Below, one piece after another: positions 12,736-52,098 of a stretch of 64,000 nt of DNA. Location: the NCBI GenBank assembly GCA_020137815.1, contig CM035354.1:2108001-2172000 (forward strand), written 5' to 3'. The notes under the pieces were generated by a model. That model did no database searches. It was not told where the DNA came from and worked only from the letters and a program-made list of their open reading frames with translations. Every line of letters starts with the position of its first letter. The first letter of the stretch is position 1. A program made the translations under genes and the position numbers. Origin of the DNA: Hormiphora californensis. Its lineage: Eukaryota; Animalia; Ctenophora.

Positions 12736-13557
12736 ATGCGTCCCTTCACCGATCTTGTGCCGCTAATTTCATCTGGAGACCTACCCATATCTGAAGTGGA
12801 CATCACTACTCTAGACAGGGATGGACAGACACTCCTACATCATGTCCTAGAGTTCCACCCCACTGATCTAGACCTTCTCAAACGTGTCCTGGGCCACCCT
12901 CAGTTAGATGTGAATGTTATGGACATTGGACAGGTCACGGGTACACCACTAATGTTGGCAGTTCTAAACGAAAACTCCCCCGCAGTGCGGCTTCTTCTGT
13001 CAGTTCCTGGGAGGGATCTCAACATCCAAAACAAGCTAGGCATGACGGCTCTCATGTGGGCTCTAGCCCAGAACAATCTCGAGCTGATTGGACTCCTTCT
13101 CTCCCAGCCAGACATTGACGTTAACATCCAAATGAACACGGGAGTGTCTGCCCTTATATGGAGTGTCCGGAACAACAGAGTTGCAGTGACTCAACTAATT
13201 CTGCAGCACCCTGCATTGGATGTCAACCAGCAGTGTGTAGATGGGTGTACTGCTCTCATGACGACAGTGCGGAACAACCAATTGGAACTGACACAACTCC
13301 TCCTCCGACAGAGTGGGATTGATGTTAATGTGCAGAACGATGAGGGAGAGACAGCGTTGATGATTGCAGTTTTAAACAATCATGTTGCCATTATTCTCTC
13401 CCTCCTGAAGCACCCTTCTATTGATGTTAATATCCCCAACAAGAGTGGGATGACTGCCCTAATGTTGGCCGGGAGACACAATCTGTTGTCAACTGCTGAG
13501 TTGTTGCTACGGCAACCAGGGATAGACGCTAATACCCGGGGAGAAAGGATCACGTGA
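12736..13557 (+). CDS. Ankyrin-repeat protein (about 7 repeats), intronless
   Basis: Repeated DVNxQNxxGxTALMxAxxNN units at ~34-aa spacing. Confidence 0.9.
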   Translation: MRPFTDLVPLISSGDLPISEVDITTLDRDGQTLLHHVLEFHPTDLDLLKRVLGHPQLDVNVMDIGQVTGTPLMLAVLNENSPAVRLLLSVPGRDLNIQNKLGMTALMWALAQNNLELIGLLLSQPDIDVNIQMNTGVSALIWSVRNNRVAVTQLILQHPALDVNQQCVDGCTALMTTVRNNQLELTQLLLRQSGIDVNVQNDEGETALMIAVLNNHVAIILSLLKHPSIDVNIPNKSGMTALMLAGRHNLLSTAELLLRQPGIDANTRGERIT

Positions 13558-13581
13558 GAGGGACTGATATATGAAGTCATG

Positions 13582-13690
13582 CAGGAAACGACCGAATCAG
13601 GAAATACTGGTCTCTGATTGGCTGATAACCAGTCACGTGACCTAAATAACGAGTTCTGATTGATTTATTGCTTGTGTCGGTCGGTTCCTT
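13582..13690 (+). mobile_element. 109-bp hAT-like MITE, copy 1
   Basis: Degenerate CAGGAACCGACCGAA TIRs; near-match 8-bp flanks aagtcatg/atgtcatg. Confidence 0.8.
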
Positions 13691-16644
13691 ATGTCATGTT
13701 TCGTTTTAGTTTTGTAATAATATATGTGTGGGTTTCAGCTTGTTATGATAAATTCCCTCTTCAAATTTACACCACTTATCTCGGTTCTCTTCCTGTGTTT
13801 TGCGGTCTACCGTACCTGTCAAACAGGGTCTCAGGTGGTAATATTTATGTGGAAAATAAGAGAGGAAGTGAGAAGCAGCAGCTGATAAAAGGAGGCATAT
13901 GGTCACTGTGTGTGTGTGAGAGAGCTGAGAGGGAGAGAGAGAGAGATTGATTTTGATTGATTGATAAAGAGAGAGAGAGAGAGAGAGAGAGAAAGCAAAG
14001 GACAAAAAATTTTCAGTTGAGTAGCTATAGTTGACGTAGAAACTTACGTGGTATGGCGATAAAGAAAAGATAGAGATAAAGATAAAGATCTAGTTGTTAA
14101 ATTTAACGGCTCTTTTTCTTGAGAAATGATTCTCATTTCTTAATTCTTGGGACGGGTCGAAATTATCGATTGAGTAGGTAAACAAAACCCACCTTTTCTG
14201 TGCAGTGGCGACTCGTAACACGACCCATGATGGGAAATATGAGAGAGTTTTTATGATAGGGTACATACCCACGACAGGCTCATCGACTATCGGCGGTCGG
14301 CCCCTCCCCTCTCACCCTCTTATTCTTCTTGTACTACTCAGGCCGTATTTTATTTCATAAAAACGTGCGGGGGAAGTTTTCTTTGGTAATGAAATTACCA
14401 CTCATCGCGTAATAGCTAGGGGTGAATTCGTAGCCAAACGTTGTCTAGGTGTGTATGTGCTCAATCTTTTCCATATTATAGGTTTCATTTGTAGACAAAG
14501 GCAGGCCCTTGAATATAATACCCAGTAATATATGTGTGTGTTATGTCTGAAATTATCATACACACACACACCATCAAGGTCCGTGTCTCCTCCTCTTTTT
14601 ATGTTAATCAGTTTAGGAGACTGGATATATTATATATATGGGTATTATATGTAGGAAACCAAGGCTGTTATACATTATGGTTGGGAGGGTGTGGGAACTG
14701 AGAGGGAGATAGAAAAAAGTTGCCTAGCTCGACCCTCTTTTCGTGAGCTCCGCCCGGGAAATACAAATATAAAGGAAGGGTTAGAAAGTAACAAGAAACA
14801 TAACAAAAAAAGAGGGAAAGGGCTGATGCCTGGTGAATGTGCGATGTTTAGTACTATGCGATGTTAGTACTACTAAACTATGTTATGATGGTGTCCAAAC
14901 GTGAACCTCCAAAGTGTGAGCACCATGAGCACTGAGTGAAGGAAGTGACACGCCCTCTGTTTGTCTGTGTGAGCTTCTCTATCAGTATGGAGGAGAAGCT
15001 GGAAGAGAGAGCACGAGAGCGAGGCTGCTAGAGCGACGAGCGGACGAAGCGGAAGAAGAGCGATAGATGCAGATCGAGTAGAGCTAGACGGCTTCTTCTA
15101 TCTGGGTCTCTCAATCATCTCCTCTACCCGCTCTCGCTCTGCTCTCTCTCTCTCTCTAGCATCTCATATCCGCGCGCGCTCTATCTCACCATACCTATTC
15201 ACTCTATCCCTCCCTCTCGGTAGTGCGATTACTCTAAACAAATATATCCTCCTATATCCCCTGGGGGTCTTCGGGGGGGGGTCGCCACAGGTGTGGTAGA
15301 ACACACTGTGTCACTGTGAATCGCCCCTTTTGGCCCTATTTCTCTCAGTATTATACCTTTTTTAAACCTCATTCTCTTTCTCCCCCTTTTACATTCTCTC
15401 AACTCTGTGCACATAGTTGGGGGGTTGCCATGGTTACCTGCTATATATTGGTGACAGAAGAGAGAGAGAAAGAGAGAGAAAAAGAGAGACTCTCCTAGAC
15501 ATAAAATATATAGCAGTGAAGGAGGGTTGAGGCAAATGCATTGTACATGTAAATTACGAAAGATGGAATCCCTTGAATTACGTAATCAAAAGCAGAGTTA
15601 TTTTTGCTTACGAGAAACCTCATAATTATGGATGTTCCGGAACGGAACTCGAGAAATGTCATAACTTTTCCGGTACTCACCTTTTGAGAAACCTCATAAC
15701 TATTCGGAATCTAGAGAAACCGCATTATATTTCCAGAAATCGAGACTCCATCATAATATATGAACTGCTAATCAAGGTCGCCCTTATTATCACCTTCATC
15801 TAGCTCCTGGTGAAGGTACTATAGCTGTACAGCAGCTGTCTTTATTAAAAACTACCACACTACTTGGGAAGGAGAAGGAAGCAACTTCTGAGAAGGGAGA
15901 AGGGACAGCTGGGACGTGGTAATTTTACTGATAATACACTCACTGCTTGTTGTTGTACAGAAAAAGAAGAGATGTTGAGAGAATGTACATGAATGAAAAT
16001 TGAGAAATATATGTGTACTGGGAAGATTAAAATCACCCAGAGAACTAGCACACCTTGTGTCTCGTACACTACTGCTCAGACCTCCACCCCACTCTTTCTC
16101 TCTTTTCTGGTACAATTTTTTATAAATTCTCACTGTTTTTTCGTTCCATTTATTTTAAACTAAACTAAACTTTACTCTTTTTTATCTTTTCTCTCTCTCT
16201 CTCTCTCTCTCTCTCCCCATTTCTCTCTAACGTAAAACAGCCCACACAAAACATCGAGGGTCAAGCTGTGGACACTGGGGTCTACATCACACGCAATATG
16301 TATACTCAGAGGTTATTAGATGTTTGAGAGAAGACGAGGAGAGAGGTGACGGCTCCGGGGGATACTGGGGGTAGAGGGGGGGGGGTCGGGGAGATCGAGC
16401 GACGAAGAGTACGAAGTGGGGACGGGAGGAGTAGTAGGGGGCAGAGGGAGATGGCTTAGAGAGGAGAGGAATGCGAAGAGGGCTGGTTGGTGTAGGAATG
16501 AGCGATGCCAGTGGTGGTTAGCATGCAGCATAAAGATGGTGACATGGTGGTATCATTATGCCTTCAATGGTGGCCCACCCGTACGGCCGTCTAACTGGGG
16601 TCGATACGAAAATAGGGGAAGGCATAGAGAGTCGAGAGATTGGG

Positions 16645-16692
<48 letters not shown>

Positions 16693-17681
16693 AAAGAGAG
16701 AAAAAGAAAGAGAGAGATAGAGAGTTTAGTTGTGCGAATAATGAACAGGAAAACTAGTTAACCACCTCAGCATGCAATGCATCCAATTTCTACAAATTGC
16801 GAAATTATCTCTCTCTTTCTCTCTATCACATCTTCTTTCTTTTCGTCACAGTTTAATCCTCCAACAATAAACCGTCATATTATATATCTGTTTCATATGA
16901 GTGACAGAATGTAATTCAGGAAATGCTTTGGATTTTCTCTCTTGCTCTCTCTGCAGCAGTAGACTCACAGTCTCTCACTCTCTCGTTATTGCATATAATA
17001 TGAAAAAGTGAGAGAAGCCTACTATCATAAAGAAGAAGTCTTACACATTTCCACACACGAAGAGAGAGAAAGAGAGAGAAAATGAGTGAAAGGGTACCTT
17101 ACAGACATACCTCCGAAATATTACCCAGCTGCAGTACAAAACGTACCCACCCTCTTGTCTTATCGCTTATCAGCTGCATATTGCATACCCCTGGTTTATC
17201 CATGCTGTGACAGTGACCTCTCAGATAGACATCCTAACGTAGTTTACTGGGAAAGGTTTCTACCTCAAGGCTGAAGGATCCATAATCTCACTCTGCTGTG
17301 ACGCCGTGACGGGCCCGGGAGAGTGCCACCTGCGTGTTGAGCACTGGACGGAGCGCGCGACGTTAATTCCATGAGTATTGAAAGCGCGCAGACGCGAGAT
17401 TCTTTTTACGCGCAAATAAAATCCGCGCCGCGCTTTGTGGGTTGTCGGGCCCGAATCGAATTTTTGTAATCGTAAAATCAGAATGTTTGAAATTTTTACG
17501 ATCGGATTTTTGAAATTTTTCACCTCTCTCATTCTTGATTCTCGTGTCTCTCTGTTTATGACTGGATGTGATCTGATCCCTCGGATGTGATCCGATCCAT
17601 CTACTACAGTTGTTGTGATTTGTTCATATTGATGATCAGTGGACAGTGACCACTAACGACAGTCAGCCAGCGGCTGCCAGC

Positions 17682-17725
17682 TGTCTGGCGCCACCGACCC
17701 CATCTGGGTGCCGCCATACAGGAAG
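17682..17725. repeat. Small hairpin repeat family (ctgtctggcg...cgccagacag); other copies near 25195-25265, 35935-36010, 46022-46100 and 53527-53610
   Basis: Shared gacagtgcgctcagatgggg core and short inverted ends among the copies. Confidence 0.6.
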
Positions 17726-18446
17726 CGGACTGTATTTCAATAATGCACCGGACTTAAGACTATTTTGTTACCCTTCCCCAGAGTAGTACAGGGTCTTAAT
17801 TTAGTACAATTAGGGAAACCGTCGCATACCTTTCCCGGAGCTAATCAATGAGTAGTCCCAATTCATAATAAGATATTATAAAGCATCATTCATTGTATCC
17901 AGAATTGTAGTTGGAGATTTGAGTAATGGACAGGTTGTGAGGTCGCGTTATAGATTGTTCTACAGTCGCCAGTGGCCCGATCATATCATTGTACAATTTC
18001 CTTAGCTGTGACTCCAAAAGCGATTAGACCATACTATTGCTACAAAGTTCTCTCGAGCGACCAGTCCACATATGATGCCTAGCTAGGATAGCCTTGAATG
18101 TCATATTCATAAGGCACACGTTGCATGGTTGCAGATATATCCGTCATCCGGATAAAATTTATCGTAGGCTTATTTCACTTACTTTTGTCACAAGACTACG
18201 TTTTCGTTTACTTTTGAATTTTACCCTGTGTTTTTGTTAAACTGAGTATAATATTAGGTATACCTATATAGTAAGGTATACTGGATAAAAATCTTTTTTT
18301 ACACTTGGCACTTAAGGACTTGTATGATATGCTTTAGAACATCACTAACATGACTAACGACCACCTATTTTTAGCTTAGTTCTAGGTTTAGGCGAATTTT
18401 AGCAAATTAAATATCAGCTGTTCCTTCTATAATTCTCTCGAAGTTG

Positions 18447-45750
<27,304 letters not shown>

Positions 45751-47029
45751 CACAGGACTCTACCATGTATAGTTACCATGGATACCATATTTGGTCATGA
45801 CCATATTTGGTTGCTATGGTTACCCATGTGTGTGTGTTACGTTAGGACAATTTATTAGGACTGATAGGAGACTAGCTATTTTTGGTATACCCACCGACAG
45901 CTTATATTAATGTTTTTATCTTTGTCTTTTATCCAAGAGCGATCTGCATGACTCTATAAATTTGACCCGGATTATCTTTTCAGTTAGACTACTTCTGACT
46001 GTACGTCTGTCTGAGACCTAAGTGTCTGGCGGTACCAGACCCCGCGTTTTGATTATTGACAGTGCGCTCAAATCGGGTCGGTGGTGCCGCCGGACAGGAA
46101 ACTTCACTAGGTGTACATATAGTGGATCACTATTAGTGGTATTATTTGTGTAATTGTAAAACTATATAGCGTGTGTATATATTTGTATTTCAAAAATTGT
46201 TATATTTGTTATAAGTGCAGCACTAACAAATAATATCTGTTTGTTGAGCTTGTACTAGAGCTGCAGATAAATTATTTGTTGTAAAGATATAATCCTGCAG
46301 TTTAGCAGTTGAGAATAATACGGCTGTGCTCGTTACACTAATTGGTATAGTTGTACCAGCTTCAGTACACAACTACCGACTAATTATTATTATTATTCTA
46401 CGTGTGTGAGACCGCTCTTTTATTTGTAATAACTAGGATCTGGAGACATGTCTCTTATGTTACAGCACGTCCTGCGTCCTTGTTCAAAGGATGCGATCTG
46501 GGACAAGCTGCAGGTAAAGACTTTTAGTATTCTTGAGACCCCAGAAAATGAGCTTTTTCTGTTTATTATTTGTGTCTTGAACACGTTTAAATTATCCAAT
46601 TATGATCCACTCGATATATTGGTCACATTGATACCTGAGTGAGATCGACGTCGGCCGTCAGGCGCGACTGAGATCGATCTCACGGAGCGAGAATAAGTTG
46701 CAATGGATCCAACTTGATATACGGATTAACTTAATTTCTTTATAATTCACCGATTACTCAATGGATTACCATTGTGATTCTGCATATCATCGTACTGATA
46801 CTCACTGCTGTTTTATGGTGCCAATTACTAATTGACATCATCATATTAAATAGACATCGTCTTTTAGACGAGTGAGGCAAGTATTCTAGCTGGAATATTG
46901 ATGAGAAAATGTGTGCATTATGTTGATCATGATTTCACTGTAATCGGTTTATTTGTGTTCAAGGGACAAAAACTGGAGCGTATTTTCTTTGTAAAACCAA
47001 CTTCCTTGAACCGTATCTCTCTCCCTCTC

Positions 47030-47060
<31 letters not shown>

Positions 47061-47105
47061 ATCTCTGTCTCTCTCTGTCTCTCTCTCTGTCTCTCTCTCT
47101 CTCTG

Positions 47106-47202
<97 letters not shown>

Positions 47203-48251
47203 CTAGCCTGGTACACACACCCATGACGAACCACCTTCCGGCACGCCTCCCTAAGATCAACTACTGTCCCTACTCCGTTGTTATAATAGTCCTGGCACCT
47301 GATCACTGCAGCATGGCAGGACCACTCTAATTTGGTGCACCTCGAAATTGTACTGTTGTCCTCTATGTTGTCAGAGTGTCAGGCATCGCACATCTTCTCT
47401 GTACAGTTGAATTGTCGACCGTAGTGCATGTTTGTCAGTCCAGAGCTAAATTTGAGTAGGTAGCTGTAGAGAGAGGCCGTATAGAACTAATAACTGAGGG
47501 CGGAGAGAGATATATAGAGGACACAGCGCGTTACAAACTGCCTGTGTAGTAGTAGAGCCTATACCGGCACACATCAGCAATTTGAGTACTGCAGCTAATA
47601 AACTGGTTATTAGAGTAGCAGTAACTTTTAGCTCTTAAAACAGCAATCTTTCAAAAGTTCCCAGTTTGTAGTGGGGAGAGAGAGTGCAATAGCTTCGTTT
47701 ATAATATTATTGTCTCCACACAGTGCTTCTGTCAGAGCATTGGCCTGACAACAGTGCTTCAAAGAGAGCTCTTTTGGACTGAGATTTAGGGGTTTGATAA
47801 TGTTTAGGCTCTATAGTAGAGAAGTTAAGATGTTAAATATGATTCAATATTGCGTAGACATCATTTTACATCAGTTAGTAGCTGATCTCTAGCTCTCTCC
47901 GCTCTCCGCTCTCCCCTCCCTCTCTCTCTCTCTTCCAGCTGTCTCATCAACGATTAGCTGCGCACTTCAGTGAGAATTTTACAAAGGCTAAAGCTCTCAG
48001 TCTAGCCTAACTTTTCTTTTGAATAGGATCCCCCCGGGTTGCCCTTCTACTGTGTTCGGTCTACATTTTCTTTTCTGTCCAATTTTGCACTACACCGCTG
48101 GCTTTTTACACTTCTCACGGCTGTCTCTGTCGTAGTATAACAACAGCTGTGGAGCAATGCAGCTTCCCTCGGTGCTCAAAAGCCACGTTTCTCTCTTGTC
48201 ATTCTCTCTCTCTCTCTCTCTCAGTCCCCATTCCCCTCTCTTTATCGATCA

Positions 48252-48366
<115 letters not shown>

Positions 48367-48516
48367 TCTATTAATATTTCACTCGTTTTCTCTATCTGTT
48401 TGTCTCATGCCTGTCCCTTAGCTGATCATGTCTTACTCTTAAGCCCTCGTAATTATTACTGATCGCTACGCGGTTAGCTAGACAAAGATAGAGAGATAGA
48501 AGAAGATGAAGTGAGA

Positions 48517-48598
<82 letters not shown>

Positions 48599-49269
48599 CT
48601 GTAGAGGAATGCTTGTGAATCACTTATTACAAGCAGCTTCGGTCTTCACGAAACATCTGCTGCTCCAGCTTTGACTTATATCAGCATTCAGCAAAATGAC
48701 TACATATCGCACAAACAGCCAAATTACAACACCTCCACCCCCAGACCTCAATTATTGTCGTGGCTTCATGCAACCCCAAAACTGCAGCAAATTGTGAAGT
48801 AGGTAATGCCTACTGGGTATTAACTGGCCTTATAGTTGACTAATTGTTGAGGATATATTTGCCGATATATTCAGTACTGTGTAATTTCCCCACCCTGACG
48901 AATGTGTCAATTAAAAACCTGCTAAGCTAATTAGCGTTTTCCTGTCACCGCATACACACTGTAGACACACGCACTTACTGGGCACTCTATATAACTTACA
49001 TTCTCTCTGTTTCCTTCTCGCGGCACCGTATCTTTTTACACAGACACTGCACCAATAATACCGCCTTACATTTGCTTACTGGCGTGTTTATCAAGTTTCA
49101 AACATGCGTCATGCGTGTAATGTTCTTAATTTTCTCTGCCTTTCTCTGAGTTCCCTCTCTGACCTCTGTTTTCTGCCTCCATACCTGTATTCAATCACAC
49201 TGACTTCTCTCTATGTCTCTCACTCTCTCTCTATCTCTCCCTCTCTCTCCCTCTCTCTCTCTCCCTCTC

Positions 49270-49412
<143 letters not shown>

Positions 49413-49758
49413 AACTCATTCACTCTGATTGCAGTGCAGTTGTTGGGCGATGTAAGAAGAAAGGTCAATCTCGAGAACTCTCATTTCATCACCTCTCTCT
49501 CTCTCATGGCTCAGGTTCGTGTACAAACTGCATTCTCGCCCTTTGATAAGATGGAGTTTAGAAAAATAGTTAAATGCTTGACACGTTATTGATGCTTCGA
49601 GTCGAAGCATCAATAACGTGTCAAGCATTTAACTTGGAGGACTTGAAGTCGAAGTTCGACTTCAAGTCCTCCAAGAGGATAAACCATCAATCTTGAAGAG
49701 TCCTTGCTGAATAGTGTGCTAATTAATTTCCCTCCAATCTCCATCCGTCTCTCTACAG

Positions 49759-50413
49759 GGTTATACCGAGTGCAAGACAGACACACCCAATAAATGGGGT
49801 CAGAATGTCATCTATTATTGTAAAGAACAGGAATACTGCTGCAGCACATCCACCGAACAGTAAGAATTGTTTCAAATTTTGAATTTTTTGGTGATTCCCT
49901 TTCAATTAGTTGACTCTAAAATCCTCTGGATCAGCTGTCAAACTTCAAACCACGTGAGATCACTACAGGGATTCCCCTCAACATGACTCTAAATCTCTCT
50001 TTTTTGATCAGACATGACTGCTGTGTCAACCCAACGATTGTAAAGGAGGAGGAGGAGGGGGCTCACGGGAAATTTAATCTCGTCACTGTGCTAGGACTTT
50101 CCTTTGCTGTTTTGCTACTAATTGTTATTGGTTAGTCATTTATCAGTTTAATTCATAACTTTGTGTCCTGTGTTCATGCTGTTTCAGTTTTATGAGACTC
50201 AGACAGCTAGATAAGAATTAATCTTTCTACGACCTTTTAATATTAAGAAGAATGCGACTTTTTAGCTCAAAAGAAGTTAAAAGTACTGATCACTAACTCC
50301 AGGTTATTTCAGGTATGTTATGTGTATGTTACCGGAGAAGAAGGAGGAAACAAGGCCGTGAAATGGTCCCCACAGCCCCTCCCCTCCCCTCTTACGAGGA
50401 AGCCTGTTATTGA
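49759..50413 (+). CDS. Small single-pass Shisa-like/WBP1-VOPP1-type protein; exons 49759-49859, 50012-50130 and 50313-50413; 5' signal-peptide exon not resolved
   Basis: Phase-compatible GT-AG exons translate to GYTECKTDTPNKWGQNVIYYCKEQEYCCSTSTEQHDCCVNPTIVKEEEEGAHGKFNLVTVLGLSFAVLLLIVIGMLCVCYRRRRRKQGREMVPTAPPLPSYEEACY*: six Cys (C,C,CC,CC), a TM helix, a Cys/Arg-rich juxtamembrane segment and a PY motif. Confidence 0.85.
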
Positions 50414-50416
50414 CAC

Positions 50417-50718
50417 GGACCTTTTGAGTCACCTGGCACCATGTGTCAAAGGACTAGGACCTTTTGAGTCACCTGGCGTACTGTGTCAAAGGACTAGGAC
50501 CTTTTGAGTCACCTGGCACTGTTTCAAAGGACTAGGACCTTTTGAGTCACCTGGCACTGTGTCAAAGGACTAGGACCTTTTGAGTCACCTGGCACTGTGT
50601 CAAAGGACCTTTTGAGTCACCTGGCACTGTGTCAAAGGACTAGGACCTTTTGTGTCACCTGGCACTGTGTCAAAGGACTAGGACCTTTTGAGTCACCTGG
50701 CACTGTGTCAAAGGACCT
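50417..50718 (+). repeat. 38-bp minisatellite, 8 units, starting just after the stop codon
   Basis: Unit ggaccttttgagtcacctggcactgtgtcaaaggacta. Confidence 0.92.
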
Positions 50719-52098
50719 TATCATGTTCCTTCTGTGCGAGAAGAGAGCAAGACAGACCAAGACAGTACAACAGATGATCGATCAAATGTTCACCCAAACA
50801 ACTGGGGTCCGGGTCTGTTTTGCTCTCTCTCCTCGAACTGTAGTCGAAAATCAAATGACAACGGGTAGCCTTGTTTGTTAAGAATATTATACCGAAAGGG
50901 ATCCACAGACGTTATCTATTTCGTGTATATTTTGTGATAATAATTAATATCATTTTTATTTTCGTTCTAATTTATACCATGTAAAGTGTTGTTTTGAAGT
51001 TGCGGGCCCAAACAAATCTCGTTTCTCGGGTTTTCTAAAAAATGGAATCAAAGTCCGGCGTCCGCAGAACTACATCTAAAAGCACATATTTCATGAATGC
51101 AGCGCATGTGTTTTAGAATGGGCTCCAGGGGGTCCAAGGATCGGGACTCGACTATTGTTGAGTACTCAACAACTCGAAGTCGAATAGAGAATCCGTTATA
51201 AAAAGGGGAATCCCTTGAAATTTATCAAGGATGTGATTCACATACTGGATACTGATTGTTACTAGGGTATTGGGTAAGGGTAAATTAGAAAAACAATGAC
51301 CGGGCGATAAATCCTGAATATCATCGAATATATATGCACCCTGCAAGACGCAAAATTGCAAAGTTTGGGAGAAAATCTATTTTTCCCACGGTTTTATTCC
51401 CACGGTCAAATCACGCGCGCGTGAATCCATGCGTGTGACCCCGCCGCCGACGTCTCTGACATTGAGGGGGCCCCCTTACTTCGATGTACGATGGGAAATG
51501 CGACCTCTTACCGATGCTGCTGTCCCAACAGGCCCAAGATTCCTGAATAACCAACAATAAAAGAAGCTAGAGGAATAATTTACACCCTAATCCTACGCAT
51601 AAATTTGAATAGCACAGTAGGTCCTAATTATTATTATCGGGAATGGTGCCCAAGATCTATCGCGTGAGATGGGGAAATCACGCAAAATTCGGACCTAAAA
51701 GCCGTAAATTCCTTCAAAAATTAAAAACTCAACGATCATTTTCTTCTGCAACTCTCTGTATTTTCTGTTCACTCCAGTCTGCTTATTCTTTCCATAATAA
51801 TTCACTGGTGAAATGGGTGGGAGATGTTTACAGAAATAGCTTGGTTCACTAACTTAGTACTAACTTAGTACTGCAGTAGTGTACAGCAGTTATTACACTA
51901 CGGATCTGATCAAGATGATATATGTAAAAACTGAATTCATTTTATAAGGGATTTCATTATGTCACATAATTATGCAACAAGGTTTTATGAAGGAGCATGC
52001 ATAATTATCAATTACATACCTAGTCCGTTTCCAAGTAGGTCTACATAACTAGTATTTGGCATTGTTTTTGAATTCTGTTTGACAGCTTTAGTAAAAAC

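Noticed and set aside
50417-50718. CRISPR-like array (38-bp repeats)
   Set aside because: The units are contiguous with no unique spacers, there are no cas genes, and the context is eukaryotic.
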